Source: an uncultured Pseudomonadota bacterium
GTDB lineage: Bacteria > Oederibacteriota > Muellerivitia > Muellerivitales > Muellerivitaceae
Assembly: GCA_963843375.1 (NCBI GenBank)
Contig: CAWJKT010000011.1
Location: 141,954-205,953, forward strand
Reading direction: 5' to 3'
DNA length: 64,000 nt
The position numbers and the translations under genes were made by a program. This document shows, one piece after another, positions 1 to 9,247 of this stretch; within the stretch, counting starts at the first letter, position 1, and each line of letters opens with the position of its first letter. The notes below the pieces were generated by a model. That model was not told the origin of the DNA. It ran no database searches and was given only the letters and a program-made list of their open reading frames with translations.

Positions 1-390
1 CCCTCCCGGGACGGGGGAGGGTGCTAGACGCCTCAGGACGCTTTGGATGCGGGCCACCAATTCACGGGGCTCGAAGGGTTTTGGCAAATAATCGTCGGCC
101 CCGATCTCCAACCCTACTACCCGGTCGGTGACGTCTCCACGGGCTGTCAGCATGATGATGGGGACTTTCGAGGTTTTGCGGATTTCCTTGCAAACCAAAA
201 AACCGTCTTTGCCCGGAAGCATGACATCCAATATGACCAGGTCGGGACTCCTTTTTTTCAGAAGGTCCAGGCCCTCGTTTGGATGGGTGGCCGCCATCAC
301 GGTCATTTCGAATTTCACCAGATAGCTTTTCAACAGCTCATTGAGTTTCTGATCATCGTCGATGATCAGAATTTGTTTTTTGGGAATCAT
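1..390 (-). CDS. OmpR/PhoB-type response regulator, receiver-domain part (gene continues beyond the left edge of the window)
   Basis: Absent from the ORF track because it has no in-window stop. My reverse-complement translation from ATG at 390 gives MIPKKQILIIDDDQKLNELLKSYLVKFEMTVMAATHPNEGLDLLKKRSPDLVILDVMLPGKDGFLVCKEIRKTSKVPIIMLTARGDVTDRVVGLEIGADDYLPKPFEPRELVARIQSVLRRL. This is a canonical CheY-like receiver (DDD, ILDVMLP, MLTA, LPKPF). The listed + ORF 43..414 is its antisense shadow. Confidence 0.9.
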   Translation of the reverse strand, partial: MIPKKQILIIDDDQKLNELLKSYLVKFEMTVMAATHPNEGLDLLKKRSPDLVILDVMLPGKDGFLVCKEIRKTSKVPIIMLTARGDVTDRVVGLEIGADDYLPKPFEPRELVARIQSVLRRLAPSPVPGG

Positions 391-554
391 TGTTTTACCT
401 TCTCTGGATTGTAACACGCGTGTTCCATCCCGGGCTCGAACGTTACACTTTGTTACAAAACGAAACATCGTTGAAAAGCTTTTTATTTCCCCACGCCTTA
501 TAAATCATCCATGGAAAGCTTAGGCCTTCCAATTGAAACTCAAGGAGAAATACG

Positions 555-872
555 ATGGAACTTAACGAACAAGACAAGGAACGGATTATCGCGGAAGAAA
601 AGCTTCGCATGGAAACTCGGAAAGAATTTTTCAAGGAAAATTTCGGTGGTATGCGCGGCATGGGACGCTGGGGAGGGGGCTGGAACGGTTATGGCTGCCA
701 TGGCCATCGTTGTGGCGGCGGGGTATTCAAAATTTTGATCCTGGGTCTGGTGATTTTCGGCCTCTGCCACCTTTGGCACCGGCCTTGCGGAGGTTGGGGG
801 CCCGGTTATTACGGTAATCCCGCCTACCCAGCGGCCCCCCAAGCCCAGCCAGCGCCTCCGGCAAAAAACTAA
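555..872 (+). CDS. small hypothetical membrane protein, Gly/Cys/His-rich with a Pro-rich tail
   Basis: 105-aa ORF preceded by a good SD (AAGGAGAAATACG-ATG). Charged N-terminal helix, then GGMRGMGRWGGGWNGYGCHGHRCGGG, one hydrophobic helix (VFKILILGLVIFGLC), CHLWHRPC, and the tail PAYPAAPQAQPAPPAKN. A strong hairpin follows it. I recognise no family. Confidence 0.55.
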   Translation: MELNEQDKERIIAEEKLRMETRKEFFKENFGGMRGMGRWGGGWNGYGCHGHRCGGGVFKILILGLVIFGLCHLWHRPCGGWGPGYYGNPAYPAAPQAQPAPPAKN

Positions 873-888
873 TCAAAACAAAAATGAG

Positions 889-932
889 CCCGGACCTGGA
901 AACGATTGCCGTTTCCGGGTCCGGGTTTCCCC
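889..932 (+). terminator. putative intrinsic terminator after the 555..872 ORF
   Basis: 15-bp stem CCCGGACCTGGAAAC (889-903) / GTTTCCGGGTCCGGG (911-925) with one G-T mismatch and loop GATTGCC. It is followed by TTTCC, so the U-tract is weak. Confidence 0.45.
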
Positions 933-954
933 CTGGTTAAATTTGAAAAGGGTA

Positions 955-993
955 TTGACACTCCTGCTGATAATCAGTATTACTGACTATCAG
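955..993 (+). promoter_or_regulatory. sigma70-like promoter overlapped by two palindromic operator-like sites upstream of the marR-efflux operon
   Basis: TTGACA (955-960), a 17-nt spacer, then TATTAC (978-983). CTGATAATCAG (967-977) and CTGACTATCAG (983-993) are two CTGAnnnTCAG palindromes 16 bp apart centre to centre. They bracket the -10, as expected for a MarR-type autorepressor site. Confidence 0.5.
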
Positions 994-1015
994 CAAATTG
1001 AATTTGAGAGGCTCC

Positions 1016-1510
1016 ATGACCCCGATATTGAAATTGAAAAAATCCCTTCCCGAAGGCCATGAAATTCCGGAAGCCGTTCTGGATCGCATGGGATTCCTTT
1101 TGAGCCAATCCGCCCAAAAACTCAGGGAGGCCACCGAAGAAGCCCTTGAGTCCTATGGTCTTACTGGAAAACACCTGGGCATTATGGCTACTATCCGGGA
1201 AAAGGGATCATTACCCCAACAGGAAATTGGGAAGTGCATGCACGTGGACCGAACTACCATGGTCGCTATCATTGACGATCTCGAAAAACTAGGTTTCGTG
1301 GAACGCAAGCCCCATCCCACGGATCGGCGAGCCCACATCATCTACCTGACCGCCAAGGGAAGAGAAACGCTTCCCCGGGCCATGCAACTGGGGTTGGCTG
1401 CGGAGCGAAAGTTTTTGTCGTTCCTCCCCGCGAACGACCGGAAGGATTTGAGCCGGATTTTGAAACACTTGGTGTTGTCCCTTCATTTAGAAGCGATCAA
1501 GGAGAAATAA
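1016..1510 (+). CDS. MarR-family transcriptional regulator
   Basis: wHTH core LTGKHLGIMATIREKGSLPQQEIGKCMHVDRTTMVAIIDDLEKLGFVERKPHPTDRRAHIIYLTAKG. I prefer ATG 1016 (SD GAGAGG 5 nt upstream) over the track start at 998. Confidence 0.85.
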   Translation: MTPILKLKKSLPEGHEIPEAVLDRMGFLLSQSAQKLREATEEALESYGLTGKHLGIMATIREKGSLPQQEIGKCMHVDRTTMVAIIDDLEKLGFVERKPHPTDRRAHIIYLTAKGRETLPRAMQLGLAAERKFLSFLPANDRKDLSRILKHLVLSLHLEAIKEK

Positions 1511-1514
1511 TTTC

Positions 1515-2878
1515 ATGAAACATATTCGATGGATCTCAGCGTTATTATTCGTTTCGTTCCTCGGCTTGGCCCGGGCACAGGAAGGGGCTTCTCCTATTGT
1601 TTCAGGCAGCTTGACCCTGGAAGACGCCCAAAAGGAGGCTTTGGATCATTCGCCTGTTTATCGAAAGGCCCAGGATGTTGAGCGGGAGGCTGGATGGAGT
1701 CAACTGGAAGCCGTCTCCGATGGATTCATACCGCATGTTTCCGCCAAGGGGCAGGATTTTTTAAGGGGTGATGCTATTAAATATGCGAGTGAGGAAGTGA
1801 ATTTTGGGGGAACTCCCATCAACTTTCCCGAGAATTTTCCGGAAACCACATTATCCTTAGACGCCAGTTTCGATCTCTTTGACGGATTCCGGAATATTCA
1901 TAAATTGGATGCGGCTAATAACAGCCACGAAGCCGCCCGAATCCAATCGGATTTTTCCCTTCTTCAACTGGAGGAAACGGTTCGCCTCAAGTTTTACGAA
2001 TCCCAGGCTTCCCAGCTGCTTTCCGACATGGCGGACGAAAACGTGAAGACCTTGCAAGACCATCTGCGCATCGTCCAGGATCAGTTGGACAACGGTCAAG
2101 CCACCAAATACGACGTGCTTCAGGTGCAAGTGGAATTGTCCGAGGCCCAATCCGACAGATTACCGCGCATGACAATTTGACCTTGGCTCGGGAGAGCCTG
2201 GCCTTGGCGATGGGCCTGAAAAAAGATGACCGGCCCTTGTCGGGACAATTGCCGGCTTTGGATGAGAATGAACTTTTAAAAATCGTCTCGGATGCAAATT
2301 TCAAGGACAGCCCGGATTTGAAAATCAAAGAACTTCAGGCCTTGGCGGCTGGGGACCAGAGCGCGGCTTCCCATAGTTTCTGGTTTCCGAAGGTTGCCCT
2401 TATCGGCGAATACCAGTGGTACGACAGCCAAAGTGTTGTCTTGTCCCCTTTTTCCCTAACCAACACAGGGAATTATCAAAACAGCTATTTCATCGGCGCT
2501 TCCGCCACTTGGGACTTATTGGATGGTGGACTTTCAGTGGCCAAGGCCAACGAGGCGGATGAAAAGGCCAAACAAGCAAAAGATGATTACGAGTCGGCTC
2601 AGCTCCAAACGCCTTACGATTTCGACCTTTGGAAAAGGCGGCTGGTTTCCAGCCTAGCCCTCTACAAAGCCAAACTGACGAATGTGGATACGGCCAAGGA
2701 AAACGCGAGATTGGCTACGTTGGGATTCAAGGCGGGCACACGCACAACCAATGATGTTTTGACCGCGGAGTTTGACGAGTATCGTGCCTCAGCGGGGTTG
2801 GTTCAGTCCCAATTGGATGCGTTGGAGGCTCTCATTAATTTAGAATTCGTGACAGGAAAGAGGTTATCCCATGACTAA
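1515..2878 (+). pseudogene. TolC-like outer-membrane efflux factor (OEP family), split by a frameshift near 2156
   Basis: ORFs 1515..2180 and 2177..2878 are the two halves of one roughly 454-aa OEP protein: signal peptide MKHIRWISALLFVSFLGLARA, then two OEP repeats. The sequence ...VELSEAQSD continues as QITAHDNLTLARESLALAMG in the other frame. The junction is at TCCGACAGATT (2151-2161). Confidence 0.8.
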
Positions 2879-3753
2879 GACGACACCTCACACCCCGGGA
2901 GACCAGGGGAAGAAAAAACCGATACTGCCGGTCATCGGCATTGTGGCGGCGGTGGTTGCCGCCTACTTCATCGTGAAAAACTATCGCTACGAGGGTACCG
3001 ACGACGCCTACATTCAGGCCCACACTCTCATGTTGGCGCCCCGTATTGGCGGAACGGTGGAAAAAGTCATGGTCAACGAAAATGACAAAGTGAAAGCCGG
3101 ACAACTCTTGGCCCAATTAGACGACCAGGATTATTCCACCGCTTATAGCCAGTCGGTGGCCGATCAGGCTTCCGTACAGGCGGACCTGGAACAGGCCGCC
3201 CAAGATTACCAGCGTATCGCCAAACTCTATCAGGAAGAGGCGGTCCCCAAACAGCAATTAGACGCCGCCGTGGCCCGTTACCATAATCTGGCTTCGCGCC
3301 TCAAGGCGGACGAAGCCAAGGCCGACCAAGCCAAAATCAACCTAACCTACACCCTGATCACAGCCCCCGAGGACGGCACCATCGCCAAGAAATCGGTCGA
3401 ACCGGGGATGGTGGTTCCCCCGGGCCAGGCTCTTTTCGGGTTTGTCTCCTCCCAGGAGACGGTGGGTGACTGCCAATTTCAAGGAAACCCAGATTGCCCG
3501 TATCAAGCCGGGGCAAAAAGTGAACGTGGACGTGGACGCAGTCTCGGGCAAGAGTTTCGAGGGAGTGGTAGACAGTATTGGTTCCGCCACAGGATCGACC
3601 TTCACGCTTCTGCCCCCGGACAATTCCACAGGCAACTTCACCAAGGTGGTTCAACGCGTGCCCGTGAAAATCAACCTGGAAAATCTCTCGGCCGAGGATA
3701 TCGACCACTTGGCGGCGGGTTTGTCCGCAATCGTGAACGTAAAGATACATTAA
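2871..3753 (+). pseudogene. HlyD/EmrA-type membrane fusion protein, split by a frameshift near 3458
   Basis: ORF 2871..3767 is family-typical up to ...GQALFGFVSSQE (N-terminal TM, lipoyl-like IGGTVEKVMVNENDKVKAGQLLAQLD, coiled coil). The conserved C-terminus RWVTANFKETQIARIKPGQKVNVDVDA...GNFTKVVQRVPVKI is in ORF 3442..3753. Its start overlaps the OMF stop. Confidence 0.8.
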
Positions 3754-3843
3754 AGGATTGCGCCTAAATCCAAGAGAGCATTTAAGTTATTTTTTCTAAA
3801 AGTCCCTTTTCTGCAGATAGATTGTTGATTTTAGGAGTCGCAA

Positions 3844-5436
3844 ATGACTGAACAGCCGGAAAAAGGAATATCCCGGGCGGCGATGATGGTGGTCATTACC
3901 GCCGGCCTGGCGTCTCTTCTGGAAATCGTGGATACGTCCATCGTTAACGTGGCCATTCCCACCATGATGGGCAACTTGGGAGCTACCCTGGATGAGATCG
4001 GTTGGGTGGTGACGGGATACATCATTTCCAACGCCATCATCCTGCCCATTTCGGGTTGGCTTGGCAACCGGTTTGGCCGTCGGAAATATTACATCACTTG
4101 CATCCTGATGTTCATCGTCGCTTCGGTGGCCTGTGGCTTGGCCCCCAACCTTTGGACCCTGGTCCTTTTCCGCGTTGTCCAAGGCGCCGCAGGTGGGGCG
4201 CTTTTGCCCACCTCCCAGGCCCTGATCCAGGAAGTCTTTCCGGGCAAACGTTCCGGCCTTGGTAGCGCCCTTTATGGAATGGTGGTCATCATCGGCCCTA
4301 CTATCGGTCCCCCTTTGGGGGGGTACCTGACCGACCATTTTGGCTGGCGCATGATCTTCAACATCAACCTGCCCTTAGGAATATTGGCCGCGTTCCTGGC
4401 GACCCTCTATGTGACGGACTATGCGGAGGATGGGGAACACGCTGCAGCCCGCCAAGCCATGAAAAGAGCCCCGGTTGACACCCTAGGCCTCACCTTTCTT
4501 ATCGTGGGGGTCGGCTGTCTACAATACGTGTTGGAACGGGGTCAAACGGACGACTGGTTTTCTTCACACCTTATCCTGGCCTTTAGCCTGACGGCGGCCT
4601 TTTGCATTCCGGCCTTCATTTGGTGGGAACTGACAACTGAACATCCCATCATGGACCTTCGGCTTTATAAAAACCCCGCCCTCATTAACGGCACCATCAT
4701 GATGGCCTGTGTGGGAGGGATGCTTTACGGCCTGATCTTTTTTATTCCTATCTTTGCCTCGACTATTCTGGGCATGGACGCGGGCCAGACAGGCAACCTT
4801 TTTACCCCCGGTGCTATCGCCTCGGGGGTGATGATGCCTATTATTGGAAGCCAATTGCGAAAAAGGGATCCGCGGCTTTTTATGGTCTTCGGTATTTGTG
4901 TTACCGATACGGCCCTGGTTCTGATCGCTCATTTCACCCCTCAGTCCACTTATTGGAACCTATTCTGGCCCCTTCTGATCCGGGGGTTGGGCATGGCGGC
5001 GCTCTTTATTCCCATTAATGCGCTCGTCCTGGGAGGTTTCACAGGCCCGGCCTTGGGTCAGGCGGCCGGCATCATGAACCTGTCGCGGCAATTGGGCGGA
5101 AGCCTGGGAATCGCCATCCTTTCCACCATGTTTAACAAGTCCACGGACGCCGCCTATGACCACCTTCGTCAGTACATCAGCCCCCTCAGCATGGGCTTCA
5201 GCCAATGGGCGCAGGGGGCCAAGGGTTTGGCCTTCCGGTTTTCCAATGAGGTGGGGATTTATAACCCCGATAACCTTTTAATTAAGGAAGCCTATTTCCG
5301 AGTGAAGAAACAAGCATTCGTCATGGCTTTTGACCAGATGGGATGGGTGATGGTCATCGGGTTCGCCATCGCGGGTATTCCTATTTTTTTCCTGAAAAAA
5401 CCCGAACATATGGGGAACCCAGCGGATGCGCATTAA
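3844..5436 (+). CDS. DHA2-family (EmrB/QacA-type, 14-TMS) MFS drug:H+ antiporter
   Basis: 530 aa. Motifs LDTSIVNVAIPTM, GWLGNRFGRRK and LFRVVQGAAGG, with many TM segments. SD AGGAG upstream. Last gene of the marR-OMF-MFP-MFS operon. Confidence 0.9.
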   Translation: MTEQPEKGISRAAMMVVITAGLASLLEIVDTSIVNVAIPTMMGNLGATLDEIGWVVTGYIISNAIILPISGWLGNRFGRRKYYITCILMFIVASVACGLAPNLWTLVLFRVVQGAAGGALLPTSQALIQEVFPGKRSGLGSALYGMVVIIGPTIGPPLGGYLTDHFGWRMIFNINLPLGILAAFLATLYVTDYAEDGEHAAARQAMKRAPVDTLGLTFLIVGVGCLQYVLERGQTDDWFSSHLILAFSLTAAFCIPAFIWWELTTEHPIMDLRLYKNPALINGTIMMACVGGMLYGLIFFIPIFASTILGMDAGQTGNLFTPGAIASGVMMPIIGSQLRKRDPRLFMVFGICVTDTALVLIAHFTPQSTYWNLFWPLLIRGLGMAALFIPINALVLGGFTGPALGQAAGIMNLSRQLGGSLGIAILSTMFNKSTDAAYDHLRQYISPLSMGFSQWAQGAKGLAFRFSNEVGIYNPDNLLIKEAYFRVKKQAFVMAFDQMGWVMVIGFAIAGIPIFFLKKPEHMGNPADAH

Positions 5437-5525
5437 TTTAATTAGGAAACTGAAAAATCCTGATTGCAGCCAATCAGCTGAGGAAAAAGTTTAAATCATT
5501 TCCAAAGTTCATTTTAGGAGAGAGA

Positions 5526-5560
5526 GGGGGCGGCTCCCTGAACCGCCCCTTTTTTATTTT
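5526..5560 (+). terminator. intrinsic terminator between the two convergent efflux operons
   Basis: GGGGCGG (5527-5533), loop CTCCCTGAA, CCGCCCC (5543-5549), then TTTTTTATTTT. Confidence 0.75.
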
Positions 5561-5604
5561 GTCGGCCAAAAATTGAAGGAAGGCTATAACTCGTTTAAAT
5601 CGTC

Positions 5605-7209
5605 TTATTCCATGGAAACGGATTCTTTGTTTCCTGCCACAGGTTTGTTGGGGAGCAAAAGTGCCGGAAACAATCCCAACGCACAGATGATCGCCCCAAA
5701 AAGAAAAGCGTCGTCAAAGGCTTGCACCGATCCCGCCAATCCCAACTGCCCCGCCAAGGCCTGAATCCCCACTATCCGTGAAACGGCGTGGTTTGTCCCT
5801 AATAGGCGTGCCTGGGTGGCGACATCCGTGACAACCTGGGCATTGGCTCCCACTAGGGAGCTGATCTCGCTGGAAATGATCATTTGATGGAAATGGGTAC
5901 GGTGGTCCAGGAAGGTTCCCAGGACAGCGATGCCAATGGAACCCGCCACTTGCTGTAGCAGGTTCATAATCGCCGACCCCATGCCCGCGCTATGCTTGGG
6001 GATAACATTCAAGGCCGCCGCCATGACGGGAGCAATAAGCAGACCGATGCCTACCCCCCGAACCAGGGTGGGAAGAATAACGTCCCAAACCGTGGTGTTC
6101 ACGTCCAGGGCCCGGTACATGTACATGAAGATGACGATCCCTACCAACCCTGCCAAGGTTGGCCAGCGGGGCCCGTACTTGTCGCTCAACTTTCCTGAAA
6201 TGGGCATGAAGAGGCCGATGACCATGGCCCCCGGGAGCATGATAAGACCGCTCTGGATCTCGTCGAAGCCCATGAGGTTCTGCAGAAAAATGGGCAAAAG
6301 AAACATCCCGCCGAAAAGGGCCACCGACCGCATGCAGACCACCAGCATGCCGGCAGAAAAAATGGGATACCGAAAAAGCTTTAGGTCGATGATGCCGTGG
6401 GGAACAATACTGTCCACCGTAAGAAAACCCACCAGGCCGATCGCTCCAGTCACGAAACAAGTGGAAATATAAAAAGAAGTCCAGCCCTTTTCCTCCCCCT
6501 GGGAAAGTCCCAACAAGGATCCCACCAGGAAGGCCGAGAGAAAAAAGAAGCCGGCGAAATCAAAAGGCTTCTGGTGCTCTAGTTTGGGGACGTCCTTTCG
6601 AAGCAGGGCCACCGCCAGCAGGAAACCCAGGATGCCCACGGGGAGATTCACCAAAAAGATAGAACGCCAGCCAACGGTATGGGTGAGGAAGCCTCCAAGA
6701 GTGGGGCCAAAAGTGGGGCCTACGATCACTCCGATACCCCAATAGCCCAGGGCCTTACCCCGTTCTTCTGGCGGAAAGACGTCGGAAATCATAGCCATGC
6801 CGGTGGGTGTGATAGCCCCGCCACCCAGAGCCTGGAGAACCCTAAAGAAAACAAGTGAAGGAAGGTTCCAGGCCAAGCCGCATAAAAGGGAGCCCAGAGT
6901 GAAGATGACAAGGCTGATGAGGTAGATGTTACGGTAGCCAATACGGTCGCGAAACCAAGAAGTCAGGGGCATCAGGATCGAAAAGGAGAGCATGTAGCCG
7001 GTGATGACCCATTCGATGTCGTCCACGGTAGAGCCGAAGTCAGACATGATATCGGGAAGGGAAATATTCACGATGCTCTGATCCAGGGCCGCCATCAAAG
7101 TCCCGATCATGACGACCCAAAGCACCTCCCACTTGTAATGTAGGTCGGCGATGGAGGCGGGTACGTGGATGCCCGAGGAAGCGATCCTTATCTCTTTTGT
7201 GTTCGCCAT
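5605..7209 (-). CDS. DHA2-family (EmrB/QacA-type) MFS transporter, second paralogue
   Basis: 534 aa. LDQSIVNISLPDI, WFRDRIGYRN, FFRVLQALGGG, 14-TMS pattern. SD GGAGCC upstream of ATG 7209. Confidence 0.9.
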   Translation of the reverse strand: MANTKEIRIASSGIHVPASIADLHYKWEVLWVVMIGTLMAALDQSIVNISLPDIMSDFGSTVDDIEWVITGYMLSFSILMPLTSWFRDRIGYRNIYLISLVIFTLGSLLCGLAWNLPSLVFFRVLQALGGGAITPTGMAMISDVFPPEERGKALGYWGIGVIVGPTFGPTLGGFLTHTVGWRSIFLVNLPVGILGFLLAVALLRKDVPKLEHQKPFDFAGFFFLSAFLVGSLLGLSQGEEKGWTSFYISTCFVTGAIGLVGFLTVDSIVPHGIIDLKLFRYPIFSAGMLVVCMRSVALFGGMFLLPIFLQNLMGFDEIQSGLIMLPGAMVIGLFMPISGKLSDKYGPRWPTLAGLVGIVIFMYMYRALDVNTTVWDVILPTLVRGVGIGLLIAPVMAAALNVIPKHSAGMGSAIMNLLQQVAGSIGIAVLGTFLDHRTHFHQMIISSEISSLVGANAQVVTDVATQARLLGTNHAVSRIVGIQALAGQLGLAGSVQAFDDAFLFGAIICALGLFPALLLPNKPVAGNKESVSME

Positions 7210-7250
7210 ATCAAGGCTCCCAAAACAAACGATGAACTATAAATTTGACT

Positions 7251-8105
7251 TCAATGCACTTTAATTTTGATCTCCACTGATTCACCAACCTTCAGGGCAA
7301 CACCGGGGTGATCGTCCAGGCGTATCTTGATGGGGATGCGCTGGACTAGTTTGATAAAGTTGCCAGAGGGATTTTCCATAGGGATCATGGAAAACTGGGA
7401 TTCGGAAGCAGAGGTGATTTCCGATACTTGACCGGTCAGTTTTCCACCCGCGTCCACTTGGATACGGACGGGTTGACCGATTTCCACTCTTCCGACCTTG
7501 GTTTCTTCGACATTGGCCGCCACCCAGGCGTGACCGATATCAGCCAAGGTCAGGGCGGTCTGGCCTCGCTCTAAAATATCGCCCACCTCAACCGTACGCT
7601 GCACCACGATCCCGTCGAAGGGACTTTTCAGGTAAGTGTCGTTCAATTCGATTTGGGCTGATTCCAAGTCGGCTTGGGCTTCCTGATCGGCGGCTTTCGC
7701 CAGATCGTAATTACGGGTGGCAATGGCTTTTTCGGCGGACAGGTTCTGGGCCCGCACCCAGTCCTCGCGGGCCACAATGGCCCTCGACTGGGCTCTGGCT
7801 AGGTTTTCCTGGGCTTGGGCATGGTCCAGTTCCACTAACACCTGCCCCGAAACGACCCGGTCCCCTGCGTCCACCACGACTCGTATAACCGATCCACCCA
7901 CGCCCTGTGGCGCTAGACGCACCATTGTTGCCGCCACCCGGGCATCGTCGGTGGAGACGTAGGGGAATACAAAGATGAGCCACGCTACTAGGCCCAAGGC
8001 GCCTACAGCAAAGGTGATTTTACCCGTTAGCACGGCTCGGGGGTGTTTCCACCACGCCAGGGTCTCTGGTGGGGTGGTGGATTTGTGGGATGTTTTAGAG
8101 TTCAT
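7251..8105 (-). CDS. HlyD/EmrA-type membrane fusion protein, second paralogue (intact)
   Basis: 284 aa. N-terminal TM, YVSTDDARV, coiled coil, LKSPFDGIVV, WVAANVEETKVGRVEIGQPV and GNFIKLVQRIPIKI. SD AAGGAGG upstream. Confidence 0.88.
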   Translation of the reverse strand: MNSKTSHKSTTPPETLAWWKHPRAVLTGKITFAVGALGLVAWLIFVFPYVSTDDARVAATMVRLAPQGVGGSVIRVVVDAGDRVVSGQVLVELDHAQAQENLARAQSRAIVAREDWVRAQNLSAEKAIATRNYDLAKAADQEAQADLESAQIELNDTYLKSPFDGIVVQRTVEVGDILERGQTALTLADIGHAWVAANVEETKVGRVEIGQPVRIQVDAGGKLTGQVSEITSASESQFSMIPMENPSGNFIKLVQRIPIKIRLDDHPGVALKVGESVEIKIKVH

Positions 8106-8107
8106 AT

Positions 8108-8551
8108 TTATTCCTCCTTTGGTTTCTGCGAGTCCGGCGGGGCGGTGAATGAATCCAGGATTTTATCCAGCAGCCGTAGGAAAACCTTTTTTTCGGCGGG
8201 AGACAGGGGGTCCACCAGCTTTCGGGATACGGAGGCGTAAAGCCCCTCAACCCGTCCGGCCAAGTTCTGTCCCTTGGGGGTGAGGGAAAGCTGCCAACGC
8301 CTTTGGTCGGTGGCGTGTTCTTCGCGCCGAACCAAGGTTCTTTTTAAAAGAACCGCCACGGCGCGGTTGACCGCCGCGGGATCCGTCACCGTGGCGCGGG
8401 AAAGACCTGTCGGGGAACTTGTTCCGTGACTGGAAAGATAATGAAGGAGGATGGCCTGTTTCGGTCCGATTCCCAGGGGTTTCAGGCTTTGAGTGAAGGA
8501 AAGATTCAACCGTCGGCGCAATTTTCCGAATTTTTCCAATGCTTGAATCAT
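8108..8551 (-). CDS. MarR-family transcriptional regulator (first gene of the minus-strand efflux operon)
   Basis: wHTH LGIGPKQAILLHYLSSHGTSSPTGLSRATVTDPAAVNRAVAVLLKRTLVRREEHATDQRRWQLSLTPKG. I prefer ATG 8551 (MIQALEKF..., SD AAGGAA) to the track start 8611, which would read through the operator palindromes. Confidence 0.8.
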   Translation of the reverse strand: MIQALEKFGKLRRRLNLSFTQSLKPLGIGPKQAILLHYLSSHGTSSPTGLSRATVTDPAAVNRAVAVLLKRTLVRREEHATDQRRWQLSLTPKGQNLAGRVEGLYASVSRKLVDPLSPAEKKVFLRLLDKILDSFTAPPDSQKPKEE

Positions 8552-8565
8552 GAGTGTTCCTTTCT

Positions 8566-8592
8566 TTGATACATCAATCATTGATATATCAA
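8566..8592. promoter_or_regulatory. two tandem palindromic operator-like sites upstream of the second marR
   Basis: TTGATACATCAA (8566-8577, one mismatch) and the perfect 12-bp palindrome TTGATATATCAA (8581-8592), 15 bp centre to centre. They lie immediately upstream of the preferred MarR start. Confidence 0.55.
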
Positions 8593-8667
8593 CAAAGTAA
8601 GGCTGAATCAAGAGAGCTTTTTATGAGAATGATCGAGTTTTAAGAGAGGGACAGGCTGGTAAGGGCC

Positions 8668-9090
8668 TCAGGGCCCGCTGACGGTTAATAAATTGCAAGG
8701 CGAGTTTATAGAGATTTCAACTACATAAAGATTGCCTGAGTTTGCCTGGAAAGTATCGGCGTAGTTGCCGGGTGGGTCAGATTTAGGATTGGAATTGGCT
8801 ATGGTACAAGCGGAGTTATTACAGGTGTTTCCTTCCGGATTTAAATTCACGGTATGGGACCCCGGAGCAGCCAAAGGAAAAGTGTAAACCGCTCCGTAGC
8901 TGATTGCCACTGTGTTGGCTCCATCAAGATTCACGTCGACCGGACAACCCGTGCTACCACCAACATTAGTAGAAGTAGGATAGCTGACCTCAATGGTAGC
9001 TTTGGAGGATTGGGGACTGAACAAATTGCAACCCATCGACAAGGACATCAAGACCAGGGATAAGGCTAATAAGAAAATGCTTTTTTTCAC
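8668..9090 (-). CDS. hypothetical lipoprotein
   Basis: GTG 9090 is preceded by GGAGGA. VKKSIFLLALSLVLMSLSMGC has a lipobox (LSMG-C). The mature part is beta-rich and Cys-containing. No family recognised. Confidence 0.6.
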   Translation of the reverse strand: MKKSIFLLALSLVLMSLSMGCNLFSPQSSKATIEVSYPTSTNVGGSTGCPVDVNLDGANTVAISYGAVYTFPLAAPGSHTVNLNPEGNTCNNSACTIANSNPKSDPPGNYADTFQANSGNLYVVEISINSPCNLLTVSGP

Positions 9091-9247
9091 GGAAAATCCT
9101 CCACAAAAATGACGATCGACTAAAATCTTACCCCAAACTCCTTTGGTTCCCAACCTTCTTTTGACGATAGTCTAATGCCAAATGAGCCGCCAACCGAAAG
9201 GGTAAATCGGTGCAAATTACCCATTTACAACATTCCTGGCCCAAAAC

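Noticed and set aside
43-414. 123-aa plus-strand ORF at the left edge
   Set aside because: It is the antisense of a perfectly conserved response-regulator receiver domain on the minus strand.
2150-2162. Programmed ribosomal frameshifting at the frame breaks
   Set aside because: I saw no slippery heptamer or downstream pseudoknot-like structure at the junctions. Eleven such sites in unrelated housekeeping genes is implausible for programmed events.
3796-4338. 180-aa minus-strand ORF and several other ORFs of 60-150 aa inside the MFS, GH5, YfhO, zwf and opcA genes
   Set aside because: All lie inside better-supported genes on the other strand or frame and lack motifs.
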